DNA from: Candidatus Omnitrophota bacterium
GTDB lineage: Bacteria; Omnitrophota; Gorgyraeia; Duberdicusellales; 4484-171
Reading direction: 5' to 3'
NCBI GenBank assembly: GCA_024542985.1
Contig: JAMXCX010000002.1
Location: forward strand, 1-63,979
Length of the DNA stretch: 63,979 nucleotides
Part shown: positions 27,322 to 37,373 of the stretch, one piece after another
How the letters are laid out: each line of letters opens with the position of its first letter
Numbering within the stretch: position 1 is the stretch's first letter
Translations under genes and position numbers: made by a program
Notes under the pieces: generated by a model
Database searches by the model: none
What the model was told of the DNA's origin: nothing
Seen by the model: only the letters and a program-made list of their open reading frames with translations

Positions 27322-28650
27322 TCATTTAAACATCTCTCCAACAATTTCCTTTAAAGATGAAAACTCAAGCACATTAAAGCTGAACCTTTTATCCACCTCC
27401 TTAAGATTAACGCTAGGAATAATACACTGCTTGAAATTAGCCCTATCAACTTCTTTTAATCTTAAATTTATGTTATTAACCCGCCTTAGCTCCCCTGCTA
27501 GGCCAATCTCGCCTATAAAAACTGTTGCTTTGGGCAGGCTTTTTTCTTTAAAACTAGAGATAATTGCCATAACTGCTCCTAAATCTGCTGCGGTATCCTT
27601 TATTTTTAATCCCCCGGCAACGTTCAAGAATACATCTTCACTGGCAAAAGAAAACCGCAACCTTTTTTCAATTATTGCGACTAAAAGAGAAAAGCGATTA
27701 AAATCAAATCCTAGGCTCCTTCTGCGCGGAATACCAAAACCAGCCCTGCTTACTAAGGATTGAAGCTCTATGAGGATAGGACGCAAACCTTCTATAGCGC
27801 AAATTACACAACTGCCAGAGAATGACTGCTCCTTATGAGGAAGAAAAAGATCATTTATCTTTTTAACTTCTGCCAAGGCATCAGATTTCATCTCAAATAC
27901 TGCTATATCTCCTGTAGGTCCGAATCTATTTTTCATTGATCTTAGAATACGGTAATTGGAAAGGTTTTCCCCTTCGAAATAAAGGACGCAATCAACAATA
28001 TGCTCTAACAATTTCGGCCCGGATATTATTCCTTCCTTGGTAACATGGCCTATCATGAAAATAACTACTCCTAGCGATTTAGCAATTTGAGTAAGATAGT
28101 CTGCGCTTCCTTTAATCTGTGAAACACTGCCCTTATAGCCTTCACACTCAGGATAATAAACAGCTTGAATAGAATCTATAATCACAAACTTAAATTTTTC
28201 AGTATTTATATAGTCATAAATGTGCTTAAGATTATCTTCAGCAAGTATATAGAGACTACTGAAATCACTCCTTAGACGTTTTGCCCGTAGAAAAATCTGT
28301 TCACAAGATTCCTCAGCGCTCACATATAGAGTTTTATCTTTCTTTGATAATCTAGAGGCAACCTCCAGGAGCAAAGTTGATTTCCCTACACCCGGCTCAC
28401 CTCCGACAAGGACTACCTCACCCTTAACCAAGCCTCCGCCTAAGACACGATCAAACTCACCTATGCCTACTGATATCCTTTTTAACTCCTCCTGGCTGAC
28501 GTCTTTTAATAATTTAGGGTAAGCTTTTTCCTTTACGATTACACTGGATTTCTCCTGCATCTCTTCAGTAAAGGTTTGCCAACCCGAACAGAGAGGACAT
28601 TTTCCTAACCACTTAATTGATTTATACCCACAATCGGAACAATTGAACAT
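27322..28650 (-). CDS. radA: DNA repair protein RadA
   Basis: N-terminal CxxC...CxxC zinc finger, Walker A GEPGVGKST, KNRFG motif, and a Lon-like C-domain. Confidence 0.95.
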   Translation of the reverse strand: MFNCSDCGYKSIKWLGKCPLCSGWQTFTEEMQEKSSVIVKEKAYPKLLKDVSQEELKRISVGIGEFDRVLGGGLVKGEVVLVGGEPGVGKSTLLLEVASRLSKKDKTLYVSAEESCEQIFLRAKRLRSDFSSLYILAEDNLKHIYDYINTEKFKFVIIDSIQAVYYPECEGYKGSVSQIKGSADYLTQIAKSLGVVIFMIGHVTKEGIISGPKLLEHIVDCVLYFEGENLSNYRILRSMKNRFGPTGDIAVFEMKSDALAEVKKINDLFLPHKEQSFSGSCVICAIEGLRPILIELQSLVSRAGFGIPRRRSLGFDFNRFSLLVAIIEKRLRFSFASEDVFLNVAGGLKIKDTAADLGAVMAIISSFKEKSLPKATVFIGEIGLAGELRRVNNINLRLKEVDRANFKQCIIPSVNLKEVDKRFSFNVLEFSSLKEIVGEMFK

Positions 28651-28739
28651 AACAAAACAATATTAAAATCCGAAATCCGAAGCACGAAATAAATAAAGTA
28701 TACCAAGGTACCAGTATATCAATAGGCAGAATAACAGGT

Positions 28740-28782
28740 TATCAGAATATCAGATAAAACCTAATATCCTGATGTTCTGATA
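28740..28782 (-). other. 14-bp-stem hairpin upstream of radA
   Basis: tatcagaatatcag ... ctgatgttctgata (13/14 complementary), with a 15-nt loop. Confidence 0.5.
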
Positions 28783-28812
28783 TGCTTATATTGTTTTCGA
28801 TATTCGGATTTG

Positions 28813-29529
28813 TTACTTCTTTTTACGTCTAGCTTGTCTGGGTTTATGCAGCAACTTCCAAGGATGCGCTTTTAAATCCGTTATGAATTCTTCTGTCACT
28901 TTATATAAAGAATCATCATGAAGCAGCCTCCCAATTGTCCCTTCTTTATTTTTCATGCCTGCAAACAACTCTTTTATACTTACACTTGCCTCTTCAAGAT
29001 TAAGCAATGTGTTTTCTACTGTAGTTTTAATTTTTCCTTCTTGAAGAAAACTTTTTACCTCATCCATAGTCTTGGTAAAATTAACCACAACATTAAAAAG
29101 CGGCACTGGAGAAATTCCTTCTATCTCCTCTCCTTCAGCTATATAGCCTGTAATTAAAGGAGGGGGAGCTATTTCTAAATATTTTTCACCAAACAAGCTT
29201 AAACTGTTAACGAAAAAGTATGCCCCTTCTGGAATCATTACCCCCTCCTGTATCTTTGTTCTGACAAAAACTAACGGCCTGCCTCCCTTTTCGTCAACTG
29301 TTACTGTTTCTACCTCGCCGACATCAACTCCGCAAAAGCGTACCGGTGAAGACCTACGTAGGCCTTCAACAAATTCAAAGGTAACAGTTAAAGGATAAGT
29401 TCCTTTAAAAAGATTAACTTCTCTTATTGAAAGGAGGGTAATAAAAAATAAAAAAAATGCCACTAGAAAAAAACTGCCTACTTTTATATATAAAAGATTT
29501 CTTTTCCTATCCCATAAATTTCTGGGCAT
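28813..29529 (-). CDS. MlaD-like MCE-domain protein
   Basis: N-terminal anchor followed by an MCE fold segment (GLRRSSPVRFCGVDVGEV). Confidence 0.75.
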   Translation of the reverse strand: MPRNLWDRKRNLLYIKVGSFFLVAFFLFFITLLSIREVNLFKGTYPLTVTFEFVEGLRRSSPVRFCGVDVGEVETVTVDEKGGRPLVFVRTKIQEGVMIPEGAYFFVNSLSLFGEKYLEIAPPPLITGYIAEGEEIEGISPVPLFNVVVNFTKTMDEVKSFLQEGKIKTTVENTLLNLEEASVSIKELFAGMKNKEGTIGRLLHDDSLYKVTEEFITDLKAHPWKLLHKPRQARRKKK

Positions 29530-29702
29530 TTATTACCTCCCCTTTTAGAGTATATTTGACTATGAATTTAATTATATTTAATCTTCACCGCTTTTTATCT
29601 ATGCCTTCTGTATTCCATTCTTTAATTTCCAATATTTTATTTTCTTTACCTTTTCTTTCTTGTACATTTTTTAATTTTACATTTTTAATTTTTATTTTTT
29701 GT

Positions 29703-30455
29703 TTATACCTCCATCTCCTCTATAGGTCCGCCTGAACTCCCCTTTAAAAATTGAATCAAGCGGCTGTCGTCAGTGTTATCTAAGGCATTCCTGTCGCCTT
29801 CAAAGATAACCTTACCACCTAATAAAAATGCAAAGTGATCAGCGATTTTTAAACCAACCTCTAAATCATGTGTTACTATCAAAGAAGTTATAGCCAAACG
29901 CTTATGCAAATCATCGATTAAGGATACTATTTTATCTACAGCAATAGGATCAATTCCGGTTGTAGGCTCATCGTAAATTAGAATTTTAGGCTTATATATA
30001 ATCGCCCTGGCTATTGCTACTCTCTTTCGCATACCGCCGCTTAATTCATAAGGATGCAAATCCTCTATGCTTTTTAAACCTACCATAGCGAGAGTATCAG
30101 TCACTTTCTTTCTTATTTCCAGTCTACTCATCTTGGTATGCTGATGAAGAAAAAAACCGACATTTTCTTCGATAGTCAAAAAATCAAAAAGGGCACTGCC
30201 TTGGAAAACCAAACCAAACTGCAACCTGACCTTTTCTAATTGTTTTTTGTTAAGCTGTGTAATATCAACACCGTCTATGCGGATAGTTCCTGAATCCGGC
30301 CGAAGTAATCCAATTACATTCTTCAAAAATACAGTTTTGCCTGCTCCGCTTCTTCCGATAAGTAAAGCACTCTCACCCCTAGCCACAGTAAGAGTGACTC
30401 CCTTTAAAACTTCCTTATCACCGAATGATCTAAAAACATTTCTTATTCTTATCAT
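29703..30455 (-). CDS. mlaF: Mla-type ABC transporter ATPase
   Basis: Start moved to the ATG at 30455 (ATGA overlap with the mlaE stop). Walker A GRSGAGKT, signature LSGGMRKRV, Walker B ILIYDEPT. Confidence 0.85.
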   Translation of the reverse strand: MIRIRNVFRSFGDKEVLKGVTLTVARGESALLIGRSGAGKTVFLKNVIGLLRPDSGTIRIDGVDITQLNKKQLEKVRLQFGLVFQGSALFDFLTIEENVGFFLHQHTKMSRLEIRKKVTDTLAMVGLKSIEDLHPYELSGGMRKRVAIARAIIYKPKILIYDEPTTGIDPIAVDKIVSLIDDLHKRLAITSLIVTHDLEVGLKIADHFAFLLGGKVIFEGDRNALDNTDDSRLIQFLKGSSGGPIEEMEV

Positions 30456-31219
30456 GTCCAGGAAAAATAAAAAATAGCTGTTAAGAGACAATCACAAATT
30501 ATTATAAATATAAAGGAACGCACCACAGATAGAGTAACTGACTTAGAAACATCTATGGAAGAAAAAGGGCGAAATCCCTCATAGCAAGAAACAAAAGCAA
30601 TTACACAGCCAAAAGCAGTACTTTTAGCAAGGCCGCTTAAAATATCCCTGAGAGTCAAAGCATCAAAGGTCATCCGGAAATAAAGCTTATAAGGAATACC
30701 AAATTTAAGTGCGCCTACTATATAACCGCCGAAGATACCTAAACAATCAGCGTAAATAATCAAAATAGGCATACAAACAATTAAAGAAATAAATTTCGGT
30801 ACCACCAAATAATCTATAGGCTCAACCCCAAAAGCCTCCAAAGCATCAATTTGCTCGCTTATCTTCATTGAACCAATACCAGCAGTAATAGAAGCTCCTG
30901 TCCTGGCTGCGACTATCAGAGCCCCTATTACCGGGCCCAATTCCCGCACTAAAGACATAGCCACCAAGGGAGCAAGCTGAATTTCTGAATTAAACATTTG
31001 CAGCTGATAAGCTGTCTGAAAGGCTATGATTATTCCTAGAAAAAAACATATCAAAGACACTAAAACGAGGTTATCTACTCCGATAAAAACCATCTCTCTA
31101 ATCAAAGAGGCGAAGTCTCTTTTTCTTGTGAATAGCCATCGTAGAGTATCTCGTATAAAAAATCCCATGCTGCCTATATACCGAAATAAATCTCCAATTG
31201 CTCTGATCGGACTCATCAA
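30452..31219 (-). CDS. mlaE: Mla-type ABC transporter permease
   Basis: 255 aa, polytopic. The MlaE/YrbE-like LVRELGPVIGALIVAARTGAS motif is present. Confidence 0.85.
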   Translation of the reverse strand: MMSPIRAIGDLFRYIGSMGFFIRDTLRWLFTRKRDFASLIREMVFIGVDNLVLVSLICFFLGIIIAFQTAYQLQMFNSEIQLAPLVAMSLVRELGPVIGALIVAARTGASITAGIGSMKISEQIDALEAFGVEPIDYLVVPKFISLIVCMPILIIYADCLGIFGGYIVGALKFGIPYKLYFRMTFDALTLRDILSGLAKSTAFGCVIAFVSCYEGFRPFSSIDVSKSVTLSVVRSFIFIIICDCLLTAIFYFSWT

Positions 31220-32103
31220 AATTCCTTTTTCTTTTCAAACTTAAGAACTGTTTTAGACTCCTGCATCCTTAATTTTAAAAATTTATCATCTTTTAAATTG
31301 TATCTCACTTCTGCTCCCGGCCTAACGAGTTCATTTCGATCTCTGTTTGCATCTAAGACAATATCGACCCTTTCATCTATACTCTTTTTCATCACTATGC
31401 TTTCATTATTTTCAGAAAACAACTGCCATTTATCGAAAAAAATCTTCTCAGCAACAAACTCCACCCCCGGCAGAAGATTTGAGAAATCCCTCAAGTCTAA
31501 TACACCTTCCATTTTTAATACGCTGCCATTTTTAAGGATAAGTTGTGAATCTGTGATATTAAAAAATGGGGCTTTGCCGAAAAAATCTAAACGGAGCTTG
31601 GAAAACTCCTTATTTTTATACTTACCGTCTTCTGCTACTAAATAGCCACTGGCAAGGAAATCGCTGAAACTACCCCATAGTTTCATTTTCAAAGTTGCTT
31701 TCCCTTGAAGCGTTTTGAATTTCCCGCTAAAACTGCTATCTATTTTTAAAGATAACTGCTGATTTACTAAATTAATATTTCCTTTCACTCTAAGCTGTGG
31801 TGAAGAGAACTGATTTATAAAAATAATCCTTCCCTTTTTAACTAAACGCACTTTCAGCCAAGGAATTTTTTTATCGGCAAAGGTCATATCTTTTCCTTCT
31901 AAGTCAAATATCAAATCGCCATCATCCTGACTTAAAGCAAAAGAAAAATCTCCGTTAATTTTAAAATCCCCCAGGTAAAAATTAACAAACTTCAGCCGGT
32001 GATTATTTAAATCAATTTCTATCATATCCTGTGAATGGCAGAAACCATCTTCAGATAATCCGAAAAAAACTAAAAAAATAAGGATAAAAAATCCTCTATT
32101 CAT
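31216..32103 (-). CDS. hypothetical secreted beta-rich protein
   Basis: Signal peptide (FFILIFLVFFGLSEDG). Start overlaps the clpC stop and stop overlaps the mlaE start. No recognised motif. Confidence 0.55.
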   Translation of the reverse strand: MNRGFFILIFLVFFGLSEDGFCHSQDMIEIDLNNHRLKFVNFYLGDFKINGDFSFALSQDDGDLIFDLEGKDMTFADKKIPWLKVRLVKKGRIIFINQFSSPQLRVKGNINLVNQQLSLKIDSSFSGKFKTLQGKATLKMKLWGSFSDFLASGYLVAEDGKYKNKEFSKLRLDFFGKAPFFNITDSQLILKNGSVLKMEGVLDLRDFSNLLPGVEFVAEKIFFDKWQLFSENNESIVMKKSIDERVDIVLDANRDRNELVRPGAEVRYNLKDDKFLKLRMQESKTVLKFEKKKEF

Positions 32104-34544
32104 TCAAACCTAAGCTCCTCACCCTTGCGTACTATTTTTATCTTAACCAGCTCATCTTTCGTTCTTTTCTTTAACCTTTCAGAAAATCTACCTTTAATTA
32201 TATCTTCAGCCAAAGGGTCCTCTAGAAATCTCTGGATAACTCTTTTAAGCGGCCGGGCCCCAAAAACCGGATCAAAACCTTTCTCAACAAAAAAATCTTT
32301 AGCTTTTGGCATCAATGCTACCTCAAGCCCCTGCTCCATCAAACGCGTATTTATATAAGCAATTTCTAACCCTACTATTATCTCTAGATGTTTCTTCTCT
32401 AACGGCCTAAAAACAGTAGTCTCATCCAAGCGGTTTAGGAATTCGGGTTTAAAAGTCTTTTTTACTTCTTCCAACAGTAAATTTTTCATATCCTCATAGC
32501 TTATATTATCAGAGACTGTTTTGAATCCTAAAGACCCTCTTTTTCGAATAATTTCCGCACCTACGTTTGATGTCATTATGAGAATAATATTTCTAAAATC
32601 AACTCTTCGGCCATAGCTATCAGTAAGTCTTCCTTCTTCTAGGATCTGCAAAAGCAAATTAAAAACATCCGGGTGGGCTTTTTCTATCTCATCTAAAAGC
32701 ACAACTGAGTAAGGCCTGCGTCTAACTCTCTCTGTCAACTGCCCGCCCTCTTCATAACCAACATAACCTGGAGGAGCTCCTATGAGACGGGAAACATTAA
32801 ATTTCTCCATATATTCACTCATATCTAATTGGATTAAAGCTTCTTCGTTGCCAAACATAAATTCTGCTAAGGCCCGGGCAAGAAGTGTTTTACCTACACC
32901 TGTAGGGCCTAAAAATATAAAAGAGCCTATTGGCCTGCGCGGTTCTTTTACTCCTGCTCTAGCCCGTCTGACTGCCCGTGCGATTGATTCAATGGCGTCG
33001 CGCTGTCCGACTACTTTTTTATCCAACTCTTCTTCCATTTTCAGAAGTCTCTCTGATTCCTTTTCTTCTAAGCGATAAATCGGTACACCTGTAATCTGAG
33101 ATACTAACCTAGCAATCTCTTCTTCTCCTACTTCCGGAGTAATCCTATCTCTTTTTTTCCCCCAGTCTCTCCTTAAACCGTCCAACCTAACTCTTAATGT
33201 TTTTTCGTCATCGCGCAAACGGGCTGCTTTTTCAAAATCCTGCTGTTTTATAAGGGCTTCTTTTTCAGTAATGATATTGGCTATTTTTTCTTCCAGCTCT
33301 TTTATCTCTTTAGGAGCAGTTAAAACTGTTAAGCGCGACTTCGCCCCTGATTCGTCAATTAAATCTATAGCCTTATCCGGAAGAAACCTTCCTGAAACAT
33401 ACCTATCAGATAATTTTGCTGCTGCCTCCAAAGATGCATCAGTAAATTTTACTCTATGATGAGCCTCGTATCTATCTCTTAGACCCTTTAAGATTTGAAC
33501 AGTTTCCCCAACCGTGTTCGGCTCGACATATATAGGCTGGAACCTTCTCTCTAAAGCTGCATCTTTTTCAATATGCTTTCTGTATTCATCAAGAGTAGTA
33601 GCCCCTATACACTGGATTTCTCCTCTTGATAAAGCCGGTTTTAAAATATTAGAAGCATCAATAGCTCCTTCAGCTGCTCCCGCACCCACTAAAGTATGTA
33701 ATTCATCAATAAAGATTATGACATCTTTAGAGCGTTTTATCTCTTCCATAACCGCTTTTATTCTTTCTTCAAATTGACCGCGATATTTTGTTCCGGCAAC
33801 CATTAAAGCCAAATCCAGCACAACTATTCTTTTACCTCTTAAAACTTCCGGCACATCGCCTTTCATAATATTCTGGGCCAGACCCTCTACTATGGCAGTT
33901 TTACCTACACCAGCTTCTCCCAAAAGAACAGGATTATTTTTAGTACGGCGTGATAGAATCTGAATAACCCTCTCTATCTCTACGCTTCGTCCAATTACTG
34001 GGTCAAGCTTTCCTTCTATGGTCAATTTAGTTAAATCCCGGCCAAAAGAATCAAGGGCAGGTGTTTTCGAACTTGCCTGAGTGTTTCCTATCGCACCTTG
34101 CTGAGCTTCTCCGCCTAGGAGCGCAGAAATCTCCTCTTTGACCCTTTTTAAATCAATCCCTAAAGCAAAAAGGACCTGTGAAGCAATTCCTTCTTCCTCG
34201 CGAAGCAACCCCAAAAGTATATGTTCGGTGCCTATGTAATTATGGCCTAAACTACGGGCTTCTTCTGCTGAAAGCTCTAGAGCTTTTTTTGCCCGAGGCG
34301 TAAAAGGTATATCGCCCAAAACTGAAGATGCGCTTCCTGTTGAAACCAACTTTTCAATTTCAATTCTTAGGCGCTCTAAGTCCGCCCCTAAATTCTGCAA
34401 AACAGCACAGGCGACCCCTTCACCTTCCCGAATTAGACCTAAAAGTATATGCTCTGTTCCTATGTAATCGTGATTAAATCTGCGTGCTTCCTCTTTAGCT
34501 AATATCAAAACCTTTCTTGCTCTTTCTGTAAACCTATTGAACAT
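32100..34544 (-). CDS. clpC: ATP-dependent Clp protease ATPase subunit ClpC
   Basis: Two Clp-N repeats, Walker A GEAGVGKT and GPTGVGKT, and a UVR-like linker. Confidence 0.95.
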   Translation of the reverse strand: MFNRFTERARKVLILAKEEARRFNHDYIGTEHILLGLIREGEGVACAVLQNLGADLERLRIEIEKLVSTGSASSVLGDIPFTPRAKKALELSAEEARSLGHNYIGTEHILLGLLREEEGIASQVLFALGIDLKRVKEEISALLGGEAQQGAIGNTQASSKTPALDSFGRDLTKLTIEGKLDPVIGRSVEIERVIQILSRRTKNNPVLLGEAGVGKTAIVEGLAQNIMKGDVPEVLRGKRIVVLDLALMVAGTKYRGQFEERIKAVMEEIKRSKDVIIFIDELHTLVGAGAAEGAIDASNILKPALSRGEIQCIGATTLDEYRKHIEKDAALERRFQPIYVEPNTVGETVQILKGLRDRYEAHHRVKFTDASLEAAAKLSDRYVSGRFLPDKAIDLIDESGAKSRLTVLTAPKEIKELEEKIANIITEKEALIKQQDFEKAARLRDDEKTLRVRLDGLRRDWGKKRDRITPEVGEEEIARLVSQITGVPIYRLEEKESERLLKMEEELDKKVVGQRDAIESIARAVRRARAGVKEPRRPIGSFIFLGPTGVGKTLLARALAEFMFGNEEALIQLDMSEYMEKFNVSRLIGAPPGYVGYEEGGQLTERVRRRPYSVVLLDEIEKAHPDVFNLLLQILEEGRLTDSYGRRVDFRNIILIMTSNVGAEIIRKRGSLGFKTVSDNISYEDMKNLLLEEVKKTFKPEFLNRLDETTVFRPLEKKHLEIIVGLEIAYINTRLMEQGLEVALMPKAKDFFVEKGFDPVFGARPLKRVIQRFLEDPLAEDIIKGRFSERLKKRTKDELVKIKIVRKGEELRFE

Positions 34545-34713
34545 TCTTAAACCTCCTTAAAGCTTAAATAAATAGAGTGTTTTTTAAAATAAAGCTTCCT
34601 CGGGCTAAAGTTTTTCGGTTCCTTGCCCCCTAGTATCAATATCACCAACCATACAAGTATTCATCTTCGCATCTCTAACTGGGTTCAGCCCTCGTTTGAA
34701 AGCAAGGATTTTC

Positions 34714-34733
34714 CCTGCCTACCGGCAGGCAGG
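34714..34733 (-). other. GC-rich hairpin in the mcsB-clpC spacer
   Basis: cctgcct-accggc-aggcagg. No adjacent U-run on either strand. Confidence 0.45.
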
Positions 34734-34773
34734 TGTGAAGAAGGATAAATACATATTTTCATACCTTCTGCCT

Positions 34774-35841
34774 CTAGACCTTTAGCTTATTTCTTAAAAT
34801 CTCTGCCCTGATATAATCTCGTTCTTTTTCCTTCAAGGATTTAGATTCTATTTTCTGCAAATGCGCAGGCTGAATCATGATAAATAAGCTATTTATTAGT
34901 TCTTTCCCCTGACCGGTGCTTGATAAATCAGCATTTTTAATTATACCTAAATCTAACCCTAAAGACAAGATAGAAAGATGACTAAGAGCCTCTTTGCTGT
35001 TGATTAAACGGCAATTTTTTAGAATTCCCAGGGCTCTTCCCACACTATCTTCTAAACTAGGCTTATACCTTTTAAGCAGTATATCCCGTGCATCCATCTC
35101 CTGGTCTTTTACTTGATTCACCACACCTATAAGATTATCAATTAATTCATCTTCTGATAGTCCCAAACTAACTTGATTAGAAATCTGGAAGAAATCCCCC
35201 AAAGCTTGAGTTCCTTCTCCGAATAAACCCCGGGTAGTAAAGGATATCCTGGCCAGCAATTCTAATATTTTATTTATCCTTTTTGTAAGTATAAGGGCCG
35301 GTAGATGCATCATGCAAGACGCCCTCATACCTGTACCTAGGTTTGTCGGACAAGATGTTAAATACCCTAAGTCCGGCAAAAAAGAAAAAGAAATCTTCTT
35401 GCTAAAATCATTATCAATACTATCTAATATCTGCCAGCATTTCTTAAGGTCAAACCCAGAAGCAATAGCTTGCATTCTAAGATGGTCCTCTTCATTTATC
35501 ATGATAGAAATTCTCTCATCTTGCGCTAAAATTACGCCTTTTCCCTTACCGGCTAAAATGTGCTCCTGGCTTACTAAATGACGCTCCAACAACAACTGGC
35601 TATCTAATTCACTGAGTTCTTCCATGTCAACAAAGTTAGATTTTTTTAACATTCTTACGTTAGAATACTCCTCTTTTATCCTTTTTAGAATACTATCTTT
35701 CTGAATATCGCTGGCACGCGAAGGAAAAGGCAAAGTGTCTATATTGCGAGCCAAGCGTATACGAGAAGAAAAAACAATCTCTGACTCAGGGCCCTTTCCG
35801 TTCAACCAGCTATCTTGATTATTTATAAGCTCTTCAAACAT
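34774..35841 (-). CDS. mcsB: protein arginine kinase McsB
   Basis: Guanido-kinase signature CPTNLGTGMRAS. Positioned between mcsA and clpC. Confidence 0.9.
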   Translation of the reverse strand: MFEELINNQDSWLNGKGPESEIVFSSRIRLARNIDTLPFPSRASDIQKDSILKRIKEEYSNVRMLKKSNFVDMEELSELDSQLLLERHLVSQEHILAGKGKGVILAQDERISIMINEEDHLRMQAIASGFDLKKCWQILDSIDNDFSKKISFSFLPDLGYLTSCPTNLGTGMRASCMMHLPALILTKRINKILELLARISFTTRGLFGEGTQALGDFFQISNQVSLGLSEDELIDNLIGVVNQVKDQEMDARDILLKRYKPSLEDSVGRALGILKNCRLINSKEALSHLSILSLGLDLGIIKNADLSSTGQGKELINSLFIMIQPAHLQKIESKSLKEKERDYIRAEILRNKLKV

Positions 35842-35851
35842 ACTTCATTAC

Positions 35852-35880
35852 TAGCTATAAGTTATAAGTCTTAAGCTGTC
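35852..35880. repeat. heptad array (tagctataagttataagtcttaagctgtc)
   Basis: Lies between the mcsA stop and the mcsB start. Confidence 0.7.
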
Positions 35881-35894
35881 AGCGGCAAAACTTA

Positions 35895-36377
35895 TTACTT
35901 TTTTTCTAATTTTTTTATTTCATCTCTCAATCTTGCCGCTTCTTCATATTCTTCCAATTGGATTGCTCTTTCAAGGCGCTTGCGTAATTCCTTTAACTTT
36001 ACCTGAACAGACATCTCTCTATCTATCTGGAAAGGTGCCTTCCCCGTGTGTTTTATTAGACCATGAATTCTTTTTAAAAAAGGTAACAGTTGCTGCCTAA
36101 AAGTCACATAGCACCGCCCACATCCCAATCGGCCTTTCTTCTTAAAATCTCCATAATCAAAGCCGCAGGCTGAACACTTCGGCAGCTGCTTTTGGGCCTT
36201 AAATTCTCCCATAGCTGCCAAGCCACCAAGAAAATCAGATATATTCAGTTGTTCATTTAACTCACTTGCTTTAGACTGGGCACAGGTTTGACAAACATGC
36301 ATTTCCACAACCTTTTCATTAATAATTTCTGTAAGATGCACGGTGGCAATATTTTTATGGCAGACATCACACAACAT
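35895..36377 (-). CDS. mcsA: McsA-like zinc-finger / UVR-motif protein
   Basis: Four CxxC pairs (CDVC, CQTC, CSAC, CGRC) and a C-terminal UVR motif (YEEAARLRDEIKKLE). Confidence 0.8.
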   Translation of the reverse strand: MLCDVCHKNIATVHLTEIINEKVVEMHVCQTCAQSKASELNEQLNISDFLGGLAAMGEFKAQKQLPKCSACGFDYGDFKKKGRLGCGRCYVTFRQQLLPFLKRIHGLIKHTGKAPFQIDREMSVQVKLKELRKRLERAIQLEEYEEAARLRDEIKKLEKK

Positions 36378-36437
36378 AATAAATAATTAAAAATTAACAA
36401 TTAAAAATGAAAAATTATAGATACAAAGAGAGTATCG

Positions 36438-37313
36438 CTATAGCTTATATTTCACTCCCTGGGTTTTAGTCAGTTTCCTAAATTCTTTCATTATCGTTTT
36501 CGTAATCTTACCTGGCTTACCATCCCCGATAGGTCTTCCGTCAAGTTTTACTACGGGTATAGTTTCAGCTGCTGTCCCGGTTAGAAAACACTCATCGCTT
36601 ATATAAACTTCATGACGGGTCATAACATGCTCATGGGTTGATATTTTCAACCTTTTAGCTATAGCTAGAACCGTATCCCGGGTAATTCCTCTCAAAATAC
36701 CCATGCACTGAGGAGGAGTGTATAACTCCCCGGCTTTAACCACAAAGATATTATCTCCTGTGCACTCGGCAACATAACCAAGATGATCCAGCATCAAAGC
36801 TTCCTCATAACCTGAATTTGTTGCCTCTATCTTCGCTAAAATATTATTCATATAATTCAAAGATTTAATCTGCGGATTCAAGGCTTCAGGAATATTTCTT
36901 ATTGTGGGAACAGTAATTATCTCCATGCCTTTATCGTATAACTCTTTAGGGTAAAAAGTAATTTTATCAGTAATAATAACTATTGTCTCATTACCCTTGC
37001 ATTTTCTGGGGTCAAGGCCCAAATCGCCTTCACCGCGTGACACTATAACTCTTAGGTAAGCATCTTTTAAATTATTAGCTCTAAGGGTTTTAATTATGGC
37101 GTCTATCATTTGTTTTTTGGTCAAAGAAATACTTAACATTATAGAATGGGCTGATTCAAATAATCTATCAACATGTTCTCTTAATTTAAAAACAAGGCAA
37201 TTATAGGCTCTGATGCCTTCAAATACGCCGTCTCCGTAAAGATAACCGTGATCAAAAACAGAAATTTTTGCTTGCGCCTTATCGACTAATTTTCCATTTA
37301 TATACACTTTCAT
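36438..37313 (-). CDS. ilvE: class IV (branched-chain amino acid) aminotransferase
   Basis: FDHGYLYGDGVFEGIRAY and a length typical of fold-type IV enzymes. A D-amino-acid aminotransferase cannot be excluded. Confidence 0.8.
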   Translation of the reverse strand: MKVYINGKLVDKAQAKISVFDHGYLYGDGVFEGIRAYNCLVFKLREHVDRLFESAHSIMLSISLTKKQMIDAIIKTLRANNLKDAYLRVIVSRGEGDLGLDPRKCKGNETIVIITDKITFYPKELYDKGMEIITVPTIRNIPEALNPQIKSLNYMNNILAKIEATNSGYEEALMLDHLGYVAECTGDNIFVVKAGELYTPPQCMGILRGITRDTVLAIAKRLKISTHEHVMTRHEVYISDECFLTGTAAETIPVVKLDGRPIGDGKPGKITKTIMKEFRKLTKTQGVKYKL

Positions 37314-37373
37314 TTTATCCCCCTTCGCTAAAAATACCTAAATTATCATAAAAACTTTTATGTCCTAATAACT

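Noticed and set aside
34679-34700. tRNA-like T-loop (gggttcagccc).
   Set aside because: The flanking bases cannot form a 5-bp T-stem, and no acceptor or anticodon arms can be built around it.
36378-36437. Searched for a CtsR operator (GGTCAAA direct repeat) upstream of mcsA.
   Set aside because: No such heptad repeat is present on either strand, and no ctsR gene precedes mcsA.
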